A stretch of 50,874 bases of DNA, taken from contig JBIOHJ010000003.1 of the NCBI GenBank assembly GCA_044448905.1, forward strand, positions 1-50,874, given 5' to 3'. This document shows positions 37,891 to 47,131 of the stretch, in pieces. The notes below the pieces were generated by a model, which was not told where the DNA came from, made no database searches, and saw only the letters and a program-made list of their open reading frames with translations. Made by a program: the position numbers and the translations under genes. Within the stretch, counting starts at the first letter, position 1. Every line of letters starts with the position of its first letter. This stretch comes from Bacteroidia bacterium (GTDB taxonomy: Bacteria > Bacteroidota > Bacteroidia > AKYH767-A > OLB10).

Positions 37891-38784
37891 TTAAATTTTA
37901 TCTAACACAAGAGCAGCCATAACAATAGGAAGATAAATGATGGAAGCAAACATTACCTGCTTTGCTGCTTTATCCGAACAGGATTTGTAAAGCTTCAATG
38001 AATAGTATGTAAAAAATAATCCGGCAATGGTAAGAATTATTGCCGAAGTCGGTCCTGAAATATGAAATATGTATGGCATCAATCCAACAGGAATGAGGCT
38101 TACCGTGTACACTACAACCTGGAAAGCGGTTGCTTTATCTTTTCCGCCATTTGAAGGAAGCATTTTAAAGCCGGCTTTTTTATATTCATCATCAAGCCTC
38201 CAGGCGATTGCCCAAAAATGCGGAAACTGCCAGAAGAACTGTAATGTGAACAAAATAAAAGCTTCAAAGCTCAGATATCCTGTTGCAGCCACCCACCCAA
38301 TCATTGGAGGCATTGCTCCCGGTATTGCACCAACAAAAACCGAAAATGGGCTGGTGCGTTTCATAGGGGTGTAAGCAAAAGCATACAGAAACAAGGCTAA
38401 CATCCCAAGAATCCCGCAGGTAATATTTAAGTAATTGCTTAACAGGAAAATTCCGGTTATTCCAAAAAGGATGCTCACAACTATTGCCTCATTAACACTC
38501 ATTCTTCCATCTGGTAACGGGCGGCTCATGGTACGTTTCATCAGCTTATCAAAATCCTTTTCAAAAATTTCATTTAAGCCATTGGCGGAACCTGTTACAA
38601 GAAATCCTCCCAGGCTTAACAAAATGAACTTGTTCCAGTTAATGCTTCCTTCTGAACCGAGCAGGAACGCAAATGAGGCCGAAAAAACCACAAACAGCAA
38701 TAACTTGAACTTTATTAAAAGCCCGTAGTCATAAATTTTTACAATAAGGCGATTGTGTGATGCCAGTAAAATGGTCTTTTCCAA
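37891..38784 (-). CDS. cyoE: Protoheme IX farnesyltransferase (heme o synthase)
   Basis: D.LMKRT..RPLPDGR, YTPMKR, GAIPGAMPP, FFWQFPHFWAIA; start placed at TTG 38784 because the ORF-track TTG (38805) is inside a TAGATTTG promoter element. Confidence 0.94.
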   Translation of the reverse strand: MEKTILLASHNRLIVKIYDYGLLIKFKLLLFVVFSASFAFLLGSEGSINWNKFILLSLGGFLVTGSANGLNEIFEKDFDKLMKRTMSRPLPDGRMSVNEAIVVSILFGITGIFLLSNYLNITCGILGMLALFLYAFAYTPMKRTSPFSVFVGAIPGAMPPMIGWVAATGYLSFEAFILFTLQFFWQFPHFWAIAWRLDDEYKKAGFKMLPSNGGKDKATAFQVVVYTVSLIPVGLMPYIFHISGPTSAIILTIAGLFFTYYSLKLYKSCSDKAAKQVMFASIIYLPIVMAALVLDKI

Positions 38785-38849
38785 GGTTGGGGAATAAGGG
38801 TGCAAATCTATTTAAAAAAGTGCATTCCCGAACTTCATGCTGATTACTG

Positions 38850-39845
38850 TCAGCCAAACGAAAATCCGATGATTTCTCTTACCTCCTTCATCGTTTTATC
38901 AGCACTGGTTGTGGCTTTTTCTTTTCCCATCTTAATAACCTTTTTTAAAAGCACATCATCGCTTTCAGTTTCTTTTATTTTTTCTGTGAAAGGCGAAATA
39001 AATTTTATCATGTCTTCAGCCAGTTGTTTTTTCATATCACCATAACGGATGGTACAGTTGTTATACTGGTCCTCAAAATTTTTTAACGTATCGTTAGAAG
39101 AAACCACTTTCATTAATGTAAAAATATTTTCGATGGCTTCTGGTTTTGGCTGGTTCATTTGGGTGGGTCCGGCATCGGTAACCGCACGCATTACTTTTTT
39201 TCTAATCACATCAACAGAGTCGTTTAAAAAAACAGCATTGCCTTCGCCTTCCGATTTTCCCATTTTGCCCGATCCATCCAATCCCGGAATTTTTACCAAT
39301 TGCTCACCGAAATTATAAGCAACGGGTGCTGGAAAAAAATCTGTTTTGTATAAACGGTTAAAACGATTACCTAATGTGCGTGTCATTTCCAAATGCTGTT
39401 CCTGGTCTTTGCCAACAGGAACTTTAGCAGCTTTATGAATTAAAATATCGGCTGCCATTAAAACCGGGTAGGTTAGCAAACCGGCATTAATATTATCGGG
39501 CTGGCTGCGTATTTTTTCTTTAAACGTGGTGGCGCGCTCCAATTCACCTGTATAAGCATTCATGTTCAGCAGCAAATACAATTCGGCTGTTTGCGGTAAA
39601 TCGCTTTGTATATAGAGAGTGCATTTTTCGGGATTCAGGCCGCAGGCAAGGTATTCAGCTAAAACAATGCGAACACTCTGTTTTAAATTTTCGGGAGTAG
39701 GATGGGTGGTGAGCGAATGATAGTCCGCAATAAAAAAAAAGCAGTTGTCAGCCTGCTGCATTTTTAAAAAATTTTTTACAGCACCAAAATAATTTCCAAG
39801 GTGAAGTCTCCCGGTAGGGCGTATGCCGCTTACTGCTGTTTCCAT
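38850..39845 (-). CDS. trpS: Tryptophan--tRNA ligase
   Basis: SGIRPTGRLHLGNY, YPVLMAADIL, VPVGKDQEQHLE, KMGKS. Confidence 0.98.
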   Translation of the reverse strand: METAVSGIRPTGRLHLGNYFGAVKNFLKMQQADNCFFFIADYHSLTTHPTPENLKQSVRIVLAEYLACGLNPEKCTLYIQSDLPQTAELYLLLNMNAYTGELERATTFKEKIRSQPDNINAGLLTYPVLMAADILIHKAAKVPVGKDQEQHLEMTRTLGNRFNRLYKTDFFPAPVAYNFGEQLVKIPGLDGSGKMGKSEGEGNAVFLNDSVDVIRKKVMRAVTDAGPTQMNQPKPEAIENIFTLMKVVSSNDTLKNFEDQYNNCTIRYGDMKKQLAEDMIKFISPFTEKIKETESDDVLLKKVIKMGKEKATTSADKTMKEVREIIGFSFG

Positions 39846-39863
39846 TTCGCAAATATACTATTC

Positions 39864-39922
39864 AGCAATCAGTAAACAGTTCGGAGTAACTACTACATAC
39901 TCTGAACTGTTTACTGATTACT
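39864..39922. repeat. 25-bp inverted repeat whose arms are 7-mer arrays
   Basis: AGCAATCAGTAAACAGTTCGGAGTA - 9 nt - TACTCTGAACTGTTTACTGATTACT (2 mismatches), between divergent trpS and plsC. Confidence 0.9.
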
Positions 39923-39936
39923 AACTTCGCACCGAA

Positions 39937-40689
39937 ATGAAATATTTTATTCTCTCGCTTCAGCTTTTATGGCGCTTTTGGTTTTTTCTTCATGGTGCAT
40001 TAGTAATTATAATTTTTTACCCGGTTTACTTTGTACTGCTGCAGCGCAAAGAATGGTTTCCGCAGGTTTTTAAATTGTATAAGATTTGCGCCCGCCTTAT
40101 GTTATTTAACGCAGGTATTTTTCCAAAAGTGATCAGGAAGTATGTGCCCGAAAAAAACAAGCCGTATGTGATTTGCCCTAACCACGCTTCATACCTCGAT
40201 ATTGTAACTACCTATGTTGCCGTGTCCGATTATTTTCATTTTATGGGAAAAGCCGAATTGAAAAACATCCCGCTGTTCGGGCATTTTTTTAAAGAAATGA
40301 ATATCCCAGTTGACCGCAACAGCATACGCGATTCGCACCGCGCCTATAAGCGTGCCTGCGATGACATTGATAAAGGAATAAGCGTGACTATTTTCCCAGA
40401 AGCCACCATTCCTGAAACCGCGCCCAAGCTGAAATCATTTAAAAACGGAGCTTTTAAGTTGGCTATCGAAAAACAGGTTCCCATCCTCCCGGTTATTTAT
40501 TTGGATAATCATAAAATTATGCCCGATGGCATTTTAAGGAGAATGACGGCAGGGTATCCCGGCATTACCCGCATGGTTATTCATCATCCCATTGAAACAA
40601 AAGGGATGAAAGAAGCTGATTTGCCCGTGCTGAAGAACAAAGTTTTAATGGTGCTTGAGGAAGAGCTGTATCAATCCAGCTTAAAATAA
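39937..40689 (+). CDS. plsC: 1-acyl-sn-glycerol-3-phosphate acyltransferase
   Basis: NHASYLD, IPLFG, IFPEAT, FKNGAFKLA. Confidence 0.9.
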   Translation: MKYFILSLQLLWRFWFFLHGALVIIIFYPVYFVLLQRKEWFPQVFKLYKICARLMLFNAGIFPKVIRKYVPEKNKPYVICPNHASYLDIVTTYVAVSDYFHFMGKAELKNIPLFGHFFKEMNIPVDRNSIRDSHRAYKRACDDIDKGISVTIFPEATIPETAPKLKSFKNGAFKLAIEKQVPILPVIYLDNHKIMPDGILRRMTAGYPGITRMVIHHPIETKGMKEADLPVLKNKVLMVLEEELYQSSLK

Positions 40690-40820
40690 TGTACAATTCT
40701 CCAAAAGAATTTCTTTTTGGATTAATCGTATAGATTCTTTCTGTATTTTAATAATCAGCGTAAGCTTTATGCTTAACCGTTGTTTTGTGTACCTTAGTGC
40801 CATCTTAAACCAACTAAATA

Positions 40821-42050
40821 ATGAAAAAAAATTACTTACTGTTTACTGCGTTTTTATTTTTTGTTTCGCAAAATATATTTGCGCAGATTGATACATCGGG
40901 AGGAAGATATTACCAGGAGCTTTTTACCAATGTTACCGTTACTTCAAATATCGCTTATGGAAGCAATGTAAAATACAACGGGCAAACACAAACCCTGCTG
41001 ATGGATATTTATGAGCCGACAGGCGATACGGTACAATTGCGCCCGTTAATTGTACTGGCTCATGGTGGGAGTTTTATAGGAGGCACCAAAACAGATGGCG
41101 ATGTAACCACCCTGTGTACCCGCTTTGCTAAAATGGGCTATGTAACCGCTTCGATTGAATACCGCATCGGGATGTTTCCAATTGATTCGGTAAACGCAAT
41201 TAAAGCAGTGCTGCGCGCCACACAGGATATGAAAGCGGCCGTACGTTGGTTCAGGCAGGATGCTGCGGGTGCAAACACGTATGGCATACATACCAATTAT
41301 ATTTTTATTGGCGGAAGCTCGGCAGGCGCGTTTATGGCATTGCACCATGCTTACATGGATAAAGTTTCGGAATTTCCGCTTGGCGCAACTACATTAAGTT
41401 CGATGGGAGGACTGGAGGGAACCAGCGGCAACCCGGGCTGGTCAACAAGTGCACTGGCAGTTATAAATTTATGCGGAGCACTTGGCGATTCATCTTATCT
41501 GGAAGCGGGCGATATTCCGTTGGTGAGCATGCACGGAACCAATGACGGAATAGTTCCTTATGGTTCAGCAATTATTACAATTGTTATTTTCCAGATTATG
41601 GAAGTGGATGGCAGCGCTTCAATAAAAGCAAGAGCTGATAATTTAGGAATTCTAAACCCATTTTATACCTTTATCGGTGCTGACCATGTTCCGTATGCAG
41701 GTGGCGGTGCTGTACCGGCTGCTTACATGGATACTACAGTTTGGTTTATACGCGATTTCCTGCGCCCTTTTCTCGGCATACCTGCGCCAACGACAGTTGA
41801 TGATAATAATTTGGACAATGCGTTTGGGGTTTTCCCAAACCCATCAGAAGGAGTGTTTCATATTGTAATTGAAAATTTTAAAATAAATTTAACCGGACTG
41901 ATTACAGATTTATCAGGAAGAACTATTGACAGGTTTACAATAGGTCAAGCAAATTACTCTTATTCAAGCTCTCTTGCAAAAGGAATTTATCTTCTGAAAA
42001 TATCGGGGGAAAATAATTACAGCGTAGTAAAGAAAATTGTTGTTGAATAA
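40821..42050 (+). CDS. Secreted alpha/beta-hydrolase (carboxylesterase-like) with a T9SS type-A sorting domain
   Basis: HGGSF oxyanion motif, GSSAG nucleophile, HGTNDGIVP, GADHVP; VFPNPS...DLSGR...KGIYLL...KKIVVE. Confidence 0.92.
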   Translation: MKKNYLLFTAFLFFVSQNIFAQIDTSGGRYYQELFTNVTVTSNIAYGSNVKYNGQTQTLLMDIYEPTGDTVQLRPLIVLAHGGSFIGGTKTDGDVTTLCTRFAKMGYVTASIEYRIGMFPIDSVNAIKAVLRATQDMKAAVRWFRQDAAGANTYGIHTNYIFIGGSSAGAFMALHHAYMDKVSEFPLGATTLSSMGGLEGTSGNPGWSTSALAVINLCGALGDSSYLEAGDIPLVSMHGTNDGIVPYGSAIITIVIFQIMEVDGSASIKARADNLGILNPFYTFIGADHVPYAGGGAVPAAYMDTTVWFIRDFLRPFLGIPAPTTVDDNNLDNAFGVFPNPSEGVFHIVIENFKINLTGLITDLSGRTIDRFTIGQANYSYSSSLAKGIYLLKISGENNYSVVKKIVVE

Positions 42051-42060
42051 TGTTTCACTA

Positions 42061-42732
42061 TTACTCGCGGGTAAATTCAAAGCATAAGTAACAAATATTT
42101 TTTCCTTCCTTGCGGAATATTTTTTCGTATGTGGTTTGAATGGAGAGGTCATTATTAAACCCTTCGGTCTGATAAAGATCATGTGAGCAGAAAAGGAATT
42201 TTCCTTTTTGATTTTTCAAAACTTCAATTGTGTAATCAAAAAGCCTGAGGCTGTCGGTTTTTAAATGTATTAACCCTTTTGATGTAAGCATGTGTTTATA
42301 CTTTTCAAGAAAATGAGGGGACGTTAACCTTCGGTTTTCTCTGCTGATTTGCGGTTGGGGATCGGGGAAGGTGAACCAGATTTCAGAAATCTCATTTGCA
42401 CCAAAAAATTTTTCAATCAGTTCGATGCGGGTACGAAGGAATGCAACATTCTTGCTGTTATTTTCGGCTGATGTTTTGGCACCGCGCCACATACGAGCCC
42501 CTTTAATATCAACTCCAATAAAATTTTTTTCAGTGTACCGTTGCGCAAGCCCGACTGTATATTCACCTTTCCCGCATCCTAATTCCAAAACTACCGGGTT
42601 GTTGTTTTTAAAAATAGTTGCATTCCAGTTCCCTTTTAGTTCACTGTCTGGCGAATGAAAATCAATCACAGGTTGAAATACATTCGAAAATGTTTCCATC
42701 TCAGCCCATCGTTTAAGTTTATTTTTACCCAT
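42061..42732 (-). CDS. trmB: tRNA (guanine-N7)-methyltransferase
   Basis: LELGCGKGEY, GVDIKGAR, FPDPQ, HLKTDS, TTYE. Confidence 0.96.
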   Translation of the reverse strand: MGKNKLKRWAEMETFSNVFQPVIDFHSPDSELKGNWNATIFKNNNPVVLELGCGKGEYTVGLAQRYTEKNFIGVDIKGARMWRGAKTSAENNSKNVAFLRTRIELIEKFFGANEISEIWFTFPDPQPQISRENRRLTSPHFLEKYKHMLTSKGLIHLKTDSLRLFDYTIEVLKNQKGKFLFCSHDLYQTEGFNNDLSIQTTYEKIFRKEGKNICYLCFEFTRE

Positions 42733-42793
42733 GATAATTATGAACGGACAAAAGTATTATACATTCGTATATTCGTAACATATTCGAAATTCA

Positions 42794-43900
42794 TTGAAAG
42801 CAAAAAGAAAGAAAGTGTTAATCGCCCCGCTCAACTGGGGGCTTGGTCATGCAACACGGTGCATTCCTGTTATTAACGAATTTGTAAGACAGAGTGCAGA
42901 GGTTTTGATTGCTTCCGATGGAAGACCGCTTGATCTTTTGAAAAAAGAATTTCCTTCGTTTCATTTTATCGAATTCCCCGGATACCACATAGAATATTCT
43001 GCAAACGGTTCAATGGTGTTTAAAATGCTTTTATCATCACCCAAAATTTTTGTTTCCATCAATCGTGAACATGAATTGCTGGAAGAAATTGTAACAAAAC
43101 ATAAAATAGACTTGGTTTTTTCAGACAATCGTTACGGCTGCTGGAGCAAACATGCGTATTCAGTATTTATGACACATCAGATTTACATTAAATGCCCTGT
43201 TCATTTAAAATGGTTCGAGCCAATGCTGTATAAAATCAATAAACGATATATCTCAAAATACAATGAATGTTTGGTGCCCGATTTTGAGGGTGAAGAAAAT
43301 CTATCGGGCAATCTTTCCCATCAAACAAAACTTAAGGGGATAAAATTTATTGGCCCGCTATCGCGCTTTGCAGAAAAAAAATCTGAGAAAAATACTCCGT
43401 TGACCTTCGGAACTGAAAAATTTGACTTAATAGTAATTTGCTCCGGACCTGAACCGCAACGAACTATTTTCGAAAAATTAATTGCCGAAGAGGTTTTGAA
43501 AACAAATTTTAAGGTAGTTTTAGTGAGAGGAGTAACTGAAAATGGGAAAACACTGGAACAAAAAAATAATCTTCGTATTATTTCATACGCTGATACCAAT
43601 GAAATACAAAGCCTTATCGAATCATCCGAAATTGTTATCAGCCGCCCCGGATATTCTACCATAATGGATTTGGCGGTGCTTGGAAAAAAAGCAATATTTA
43701 TTCCAACACCTGGTCAAACCGAACAGGAATATCTTGCCGAATATTTTATGAATAAAAATATTTTTTACTGTACTCCGCAAAACAATTTTAATTTAAAGGA
43801 GGCTTTGGAAAAAGCAAAGGCTTTTTCAGGAATAAAAAAATCTATACAACCCGAACTTTTAAGCAAGGCCATTTCCTCAACCCTTTCAAAAATCAAATAA
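42794..43900 (+). CDS. GT-B fold glycosyltransferase (GT28-like)
   Basis: APLNWGLGHATR, SGPEPQR, SRPGYSTIMDL, IPTPGQTEQEYLA; TTG start. Confidence 0.9.
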   Translation: MKAKRKKVLIAPLNWGLGHATRCIPVINEFVRQSAEVLIASDGRPLDLLKKEFPSFHFIEFPGYHIEYSANGSMVFKMLLSSPKIFVSINREHELLEEIVTKHKIDLVFSDNRYGCWSKHAYSVFMTHQIYIKCPVHLKWFEPMLYKINKRYISKYNECLVPDFEGEENLSGNLSHQTKLKGIKFIGPLSRFAEKKSEKNTPLTFGTEKFDLIVICSGPEPQRTIFEKLIAEEVLKTNFKVVLVRGVTENGKTLEQKNNLRIISYADTNEIQSLIESSEIVISRPGYSTIMDLAVLGKKAIFIPTPGQTEQEYLAEYFMNKNIFYCTPQNNFNLKEALEKAKAFSGIKKSIQPELLSKAISSTLSKIK

Positions 43901-43918
43901 ATTTATTTCCTTTGTGCT

Positions 43919-44092
43919 TGAATCGGTTTTCTCTCTTATAATAGGGAGGACTAAAAGGGAATCGCGTGAAAATCGCGAACAGTCCCCGCTGCTGTAAGTT
44001 CTATAGTAGCTTTCACATTTGTTGCCACTGCCCCGCCTCAGGCGGGATGGGAAGGCGTGAAAGAAGAACAAGTCAGAAGACCTGCCGGTTCA
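43919..44092 (+). ncRNA. Cobalamin riboswitch
   Basis: AAAAGGGAATCGCGTGAAAATCGCGAACAGTCCCCGCTGCTGTAA, GCCACTG...GGGAAGGC, B12 box AAGTCAGAAGACCTGCC; closing stem TGAATCGG/CCGGTTCA; upstream of a TonB receptor. Confidence 0.96.
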
Positions 44093-44126
44093 CTAAAAAT
44101 AAATACTGGCTTTCGGAGGAAAGGCA

Positions 44127-46049
44127 ATGATGATGAAAACATTATTTACTTTATTTTTTTTTCTTTTATGCTTCGACTGCTTTTCGCAAATGCAGCCCGA
44201 CACCCTACAGTTAAAAACAGTTGAAATTACTGCATCAAAAACAAAATTATTTGCAACAGGAAGCAGGATAAATAGCATTGATTCAATCTGCATGATCCAA
44301 TCACGTTCCGCGAACCTTGGTGAAATGCTTTCAGCAGAAAACTCTCTTTTTATCAAGTCTTATGGAGCGGGAGGAGTTGCTACAGTTTCATTTCGCGGAA
44401 CGGAAGCACGGCATACCTCGGTGTTATGGAACGGGTTTTCAATTAATTCACCGAGCCTCGGTTTGTATGATCTTACTTTGGCACCTTCTTTTTTCTTTAA
44501 CAGGATAATTGTTAAACACGGGTCTTCAAGTTCATTGAATGGAACTTCATCATTGGGTGGAACTATTGAATTGGTTAACGAGGCTTCATTCAATAAAGAA
44601 ACTACAATTTCTCTTTTCAGCGAAGCCTCTACCATTAACTCATTTAACTCTCAGCTAAACTTAATTACAGGGTCAGAAAAATTTACCAGCCACACCAACC
44701 TGTTTTATGAAAATGATAAAAATAATTTCTCTTTCGAAAATCCTTTCTTGTCCGGATCACCCATTCAGGAACAAAAACACGCGCAACTGATAAATTATGG
44801 GATCATGCAAAATTTTCATTTCAAAATAAACCCATCATCAGAAATCTCAACCGGTTTCTGGTACCAGACAACCCATCGCGAAATTCCGCCCCTTATGATT
44901 TCAGCAGAAAGCAAAGCCGAACAAAGAGACAGCTTAATAAGAATTTATGGATCATTCAAAAAATCATTTCAGCGTTCAGCACTTACAATCCGGGCTGCAT
45001 GGTTTGACGAATACGAATTATATACCGATCCGGTTCCTCAGATTTATTCTGTTTATAAAACAAAAAGCCTGAAAACCGAATCCGAATTTCGTTATTACAT
45101 TGTAACAAAACTTTTAATTAATACAGGCGTTTCATACAACGGCTATCGTGCTGCCTTCAAGGAGTATAACGGAACCATTCATAAAAATATTTACGCTGCT
45201 TTTGCCGGGGTAAAATATTTTATCAATCATGATTTTGAAACGGAGATCACCGTAAGAAAAGAATTTACCGGGAACACTGAACCTCCTGTTACACCTTCAG
45301 CAGGTGTTGAAAAATTTTTTTTCAGCAAACGTTTGATCCTGAAATTACGAGGTGGCAAAAATTTTAACCTTCCTGCCATGAATGATCTTTACTGGAATCC
45401 CGGGGGCAATATTTTATTAAAGCCCGAATCAGCATGGTCTTACGAAACCGGGGTAGAAATTTTTTCCGGCAAAAACAAAAATCTGCAATCGCAATTTACT
45501 TTTTATTCCATGCATGTCGATGACTGGATACAATGGCAGCCAACAGTTTTCGGATATTATGCACCTTTCAATTTAAATAAAGTTCATGCACGGGGAATCG
45601 AAGTTGAAATGAATTATAAATTTAAAATTTCGTATGCGGATATTTCTGTGTATGGAAATTATTCCTTCACCCGATCAACTAACAAGCAAACCGGAAATGA
45701 TCCTGAAAATGAAATCAACGGAGCACAGCTAGTTTATATTCCCGAGAATCTTGCTTCACTGAAAGTTTTAGTTTCATTTAAAGGATTTACGTTTACTTAT
45801 TCCCATTCTTTTACAGGAATCCGTTACACCAAAAAGGATAATTCCGTTTGGCTTCCATCTTATTTAATCGCTAATGCACGAATTGAAAAAAACTTCACTC
45901 TAAAGAAAATGGCAGTGAATTTATTTTTTACTACACATAATGTGTTTAACGAACAATACCAGGTAATTGCTTACCGTGCAATGCCCGGCAGGTATTTCAG
46001 CCTCGGCACAAACATTACTTTCAAAACAAATAAAAACAAACTAAAATGA
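44127..46049 (+). CDS. btuB: TonB-dependent cobalamin receptor
   Basis: IKSYG.GG.AT.SFRGT...HT.VLWNG plug, P.MNDLYW.PGGN..LKPE, MPGR; under a cobalamin riboswitch. Confidence 0.88.
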   Translation: MMMKTLFTLFFFLLCFDCFSQMQPDTLQLKTVEITASKTKLFATGSRINSIDSICMIQSRSANLGEMLSAENSLFIKSYGAGGVATVSFRGTEARHTSVLWNGFSINSPSLGLYDLTLAPSFFFNRIIVKHGSSSSLNGTSSLGGTIELVNEASFNKETTISLFSEASTINSFNSQLNLITGSEKFTSHTNLFYENDKNNFSFENPFLSGSPIQEQKHAQLINYGIMQNFHFKINPSSEISTGFWYQTTHREIPPLMISAESKAEQRDSLIRIYGSFKKSFQRSALTIRAAWFDEYELYTDPVPQIYSVYKTKSLKTESEFRYYIVTKLLINTGVSYNGYRAAFKEYNGTIHKNIYAAFAGVKYFINHDFETEITVRKEFTGNTEPPVTPSAGVEKFFFSKRLILKLRGGKNFNLPAMNDLYWNPGGNILLKPESAWSYETGVEIFSGKNKNLQSQFTFYSMHVDDWIQWQPTVFGYYAPFNLNKVHARGIEVEMNYKFKISYADISVYGNYSFTRSTNKQTGNDPENEINGAQLVYIPENLASLKVLVSFKGFTFTYSHSFTGIRYTKKDNSVWLPSYLIANARIEKNFTLKKMAVNLFFTTHNVFNEQYQVIAYRAMPGRYFSLGTNITFKTNKNKLK

Positions 46050-47131
46050 AAAAATCAATTTTAACATGCGCAATCATTTCAGCCATCCTTTGTATTTTTT
46101 ACTCTTGTAAAAAAGATGACACCAGTAGCAATGGAGGCGGCAATGCAATTTTTGTTCGTAACGGTGTGCTTATATTAAACGAAGGCGCATTTGGGTTTGG
46201 AAATGCTTCAGTCAGTTTCTTTAACGTAAATGACAAATCGGTCATTGAAGATGTATTTTCAGAAGTGAATAGCTTGCCGTTGGGTGATGTGGCACAATCC
46301 ATTACCCTGTTCAATAACAACCTATATATAGTTGTGAATAATTCACAAAAAATTGAAGTGGTTGACCGTAGTTTTTTTAAAAGCCAGTTTACAATAAACG
46401 GATTCACAAGCCCCCGGTATTTTCTTGCGGTAAACAGCAGCAAAGCATATGTAAGCGACTGGTCGGATAATAATATTAAAATTGTAAACCTGTCTTCATA
46501 TGCGATTTCAGGAAGCATCCCTGCCGGAAACGGACCCGAACAAATGTTACTGGCAAATAATAAAGTATATGTTGCTAATGTAGGAGGTTTTGGAAATGAT
46601 AGCACAGTAACTGTAATAGATGCAAACACCGATAATGTGCTTTTATCACTGCAGACAGGGCTAAATCCCAACAGCCTTCAGCAGGATAAAGACGGAAAAA
46701 TATGGACGCTTTGCCGCGGTACTATTGGTCCCGATTTCACAGGTGGAACTACCGATGACATTGGCGGAATGCTGTTGCGCATTAATCCGGTAAACGATAG
46801 CATTGAAACTGTCTTTAATTTCACCCAGTTTGAACATCCGCTCAGGCTTCAAATCAATAATGCAAAAGATGAATTGTTTTACCTGTCGGGGATGAGCGAT
46901 TACGATGGTATGGTTTATAAATTTGGCATCTATGATGGTTCGCTTCCGTCAGCACCTTTAATTAATAAAATATTTTACGGATTAGGCATTGATCCTGTCA
47001 ATGAGAATATTCATGGAGGTTATTCTCCTGCATTCGGGCAAAACGGCTATATGTTCCGTTATAGTACAGCCGGAGTTTTAATTGATTCGGTAAAAGTTGG
47101 AATCGGGCCCAACGGCTTCCTGACTAATTAG
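46046..47131 (+). CDS. btuG: YncE-like beta-propeller surface lipoprotein, B12-binding BtuG type
   Basis: Lipobox YSC followed by KKDD; NEGAFG, LGDVAQS, VVNNSQKIEV, SPRY; ATGA-coupled to btuB. Confidence 0.82.
   Translation: MKKSILTCAIISAILCIFYSCKKDDTSSNGGGNAIFVRNGVLILNEGAFGFGNASVSFFNVNDKSVIEDVFSEVNSLPLGDVAQSITLFNNNLYIVVNNSQKIEVVDRSFFKSQFTINGFTSPRYFLAVNSSKAYVSDWSDNNIKIVNLSSYAISGSIPAGNGPEQMLLANNKVYVANVGGFGNDSTVTVIDANTDNVLLSLQTGLNPNSLQQDKDGKIWTLCRGTIGPDFTGGTTDDIGGMLLRINPVNDSIETVFNFTQFEHPLRLQINNAKDELFYLSGMSDYDGMVYKFGIYDGSLPSAPLINKIFYGLGIDPVNENIHGGYSPAFGQNGYMFRYSTAGVLIDSVKVGIGPNGFLTN

Noticed and set aside
36010-38805. Oxidase cluster with two subunit III paralogs but no subunits I and II
   Set aside because: A split subunit III and a separately located subunit I/II locus are known arrangements in aerobic Bacteroidota.
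32143-39740. Homopolymer tracts (T9 upstream of tyrS, A9 within trpS) as phase-variation sites
   Set aside because: Expected at this AT content, and both genes are essential with intact frames.
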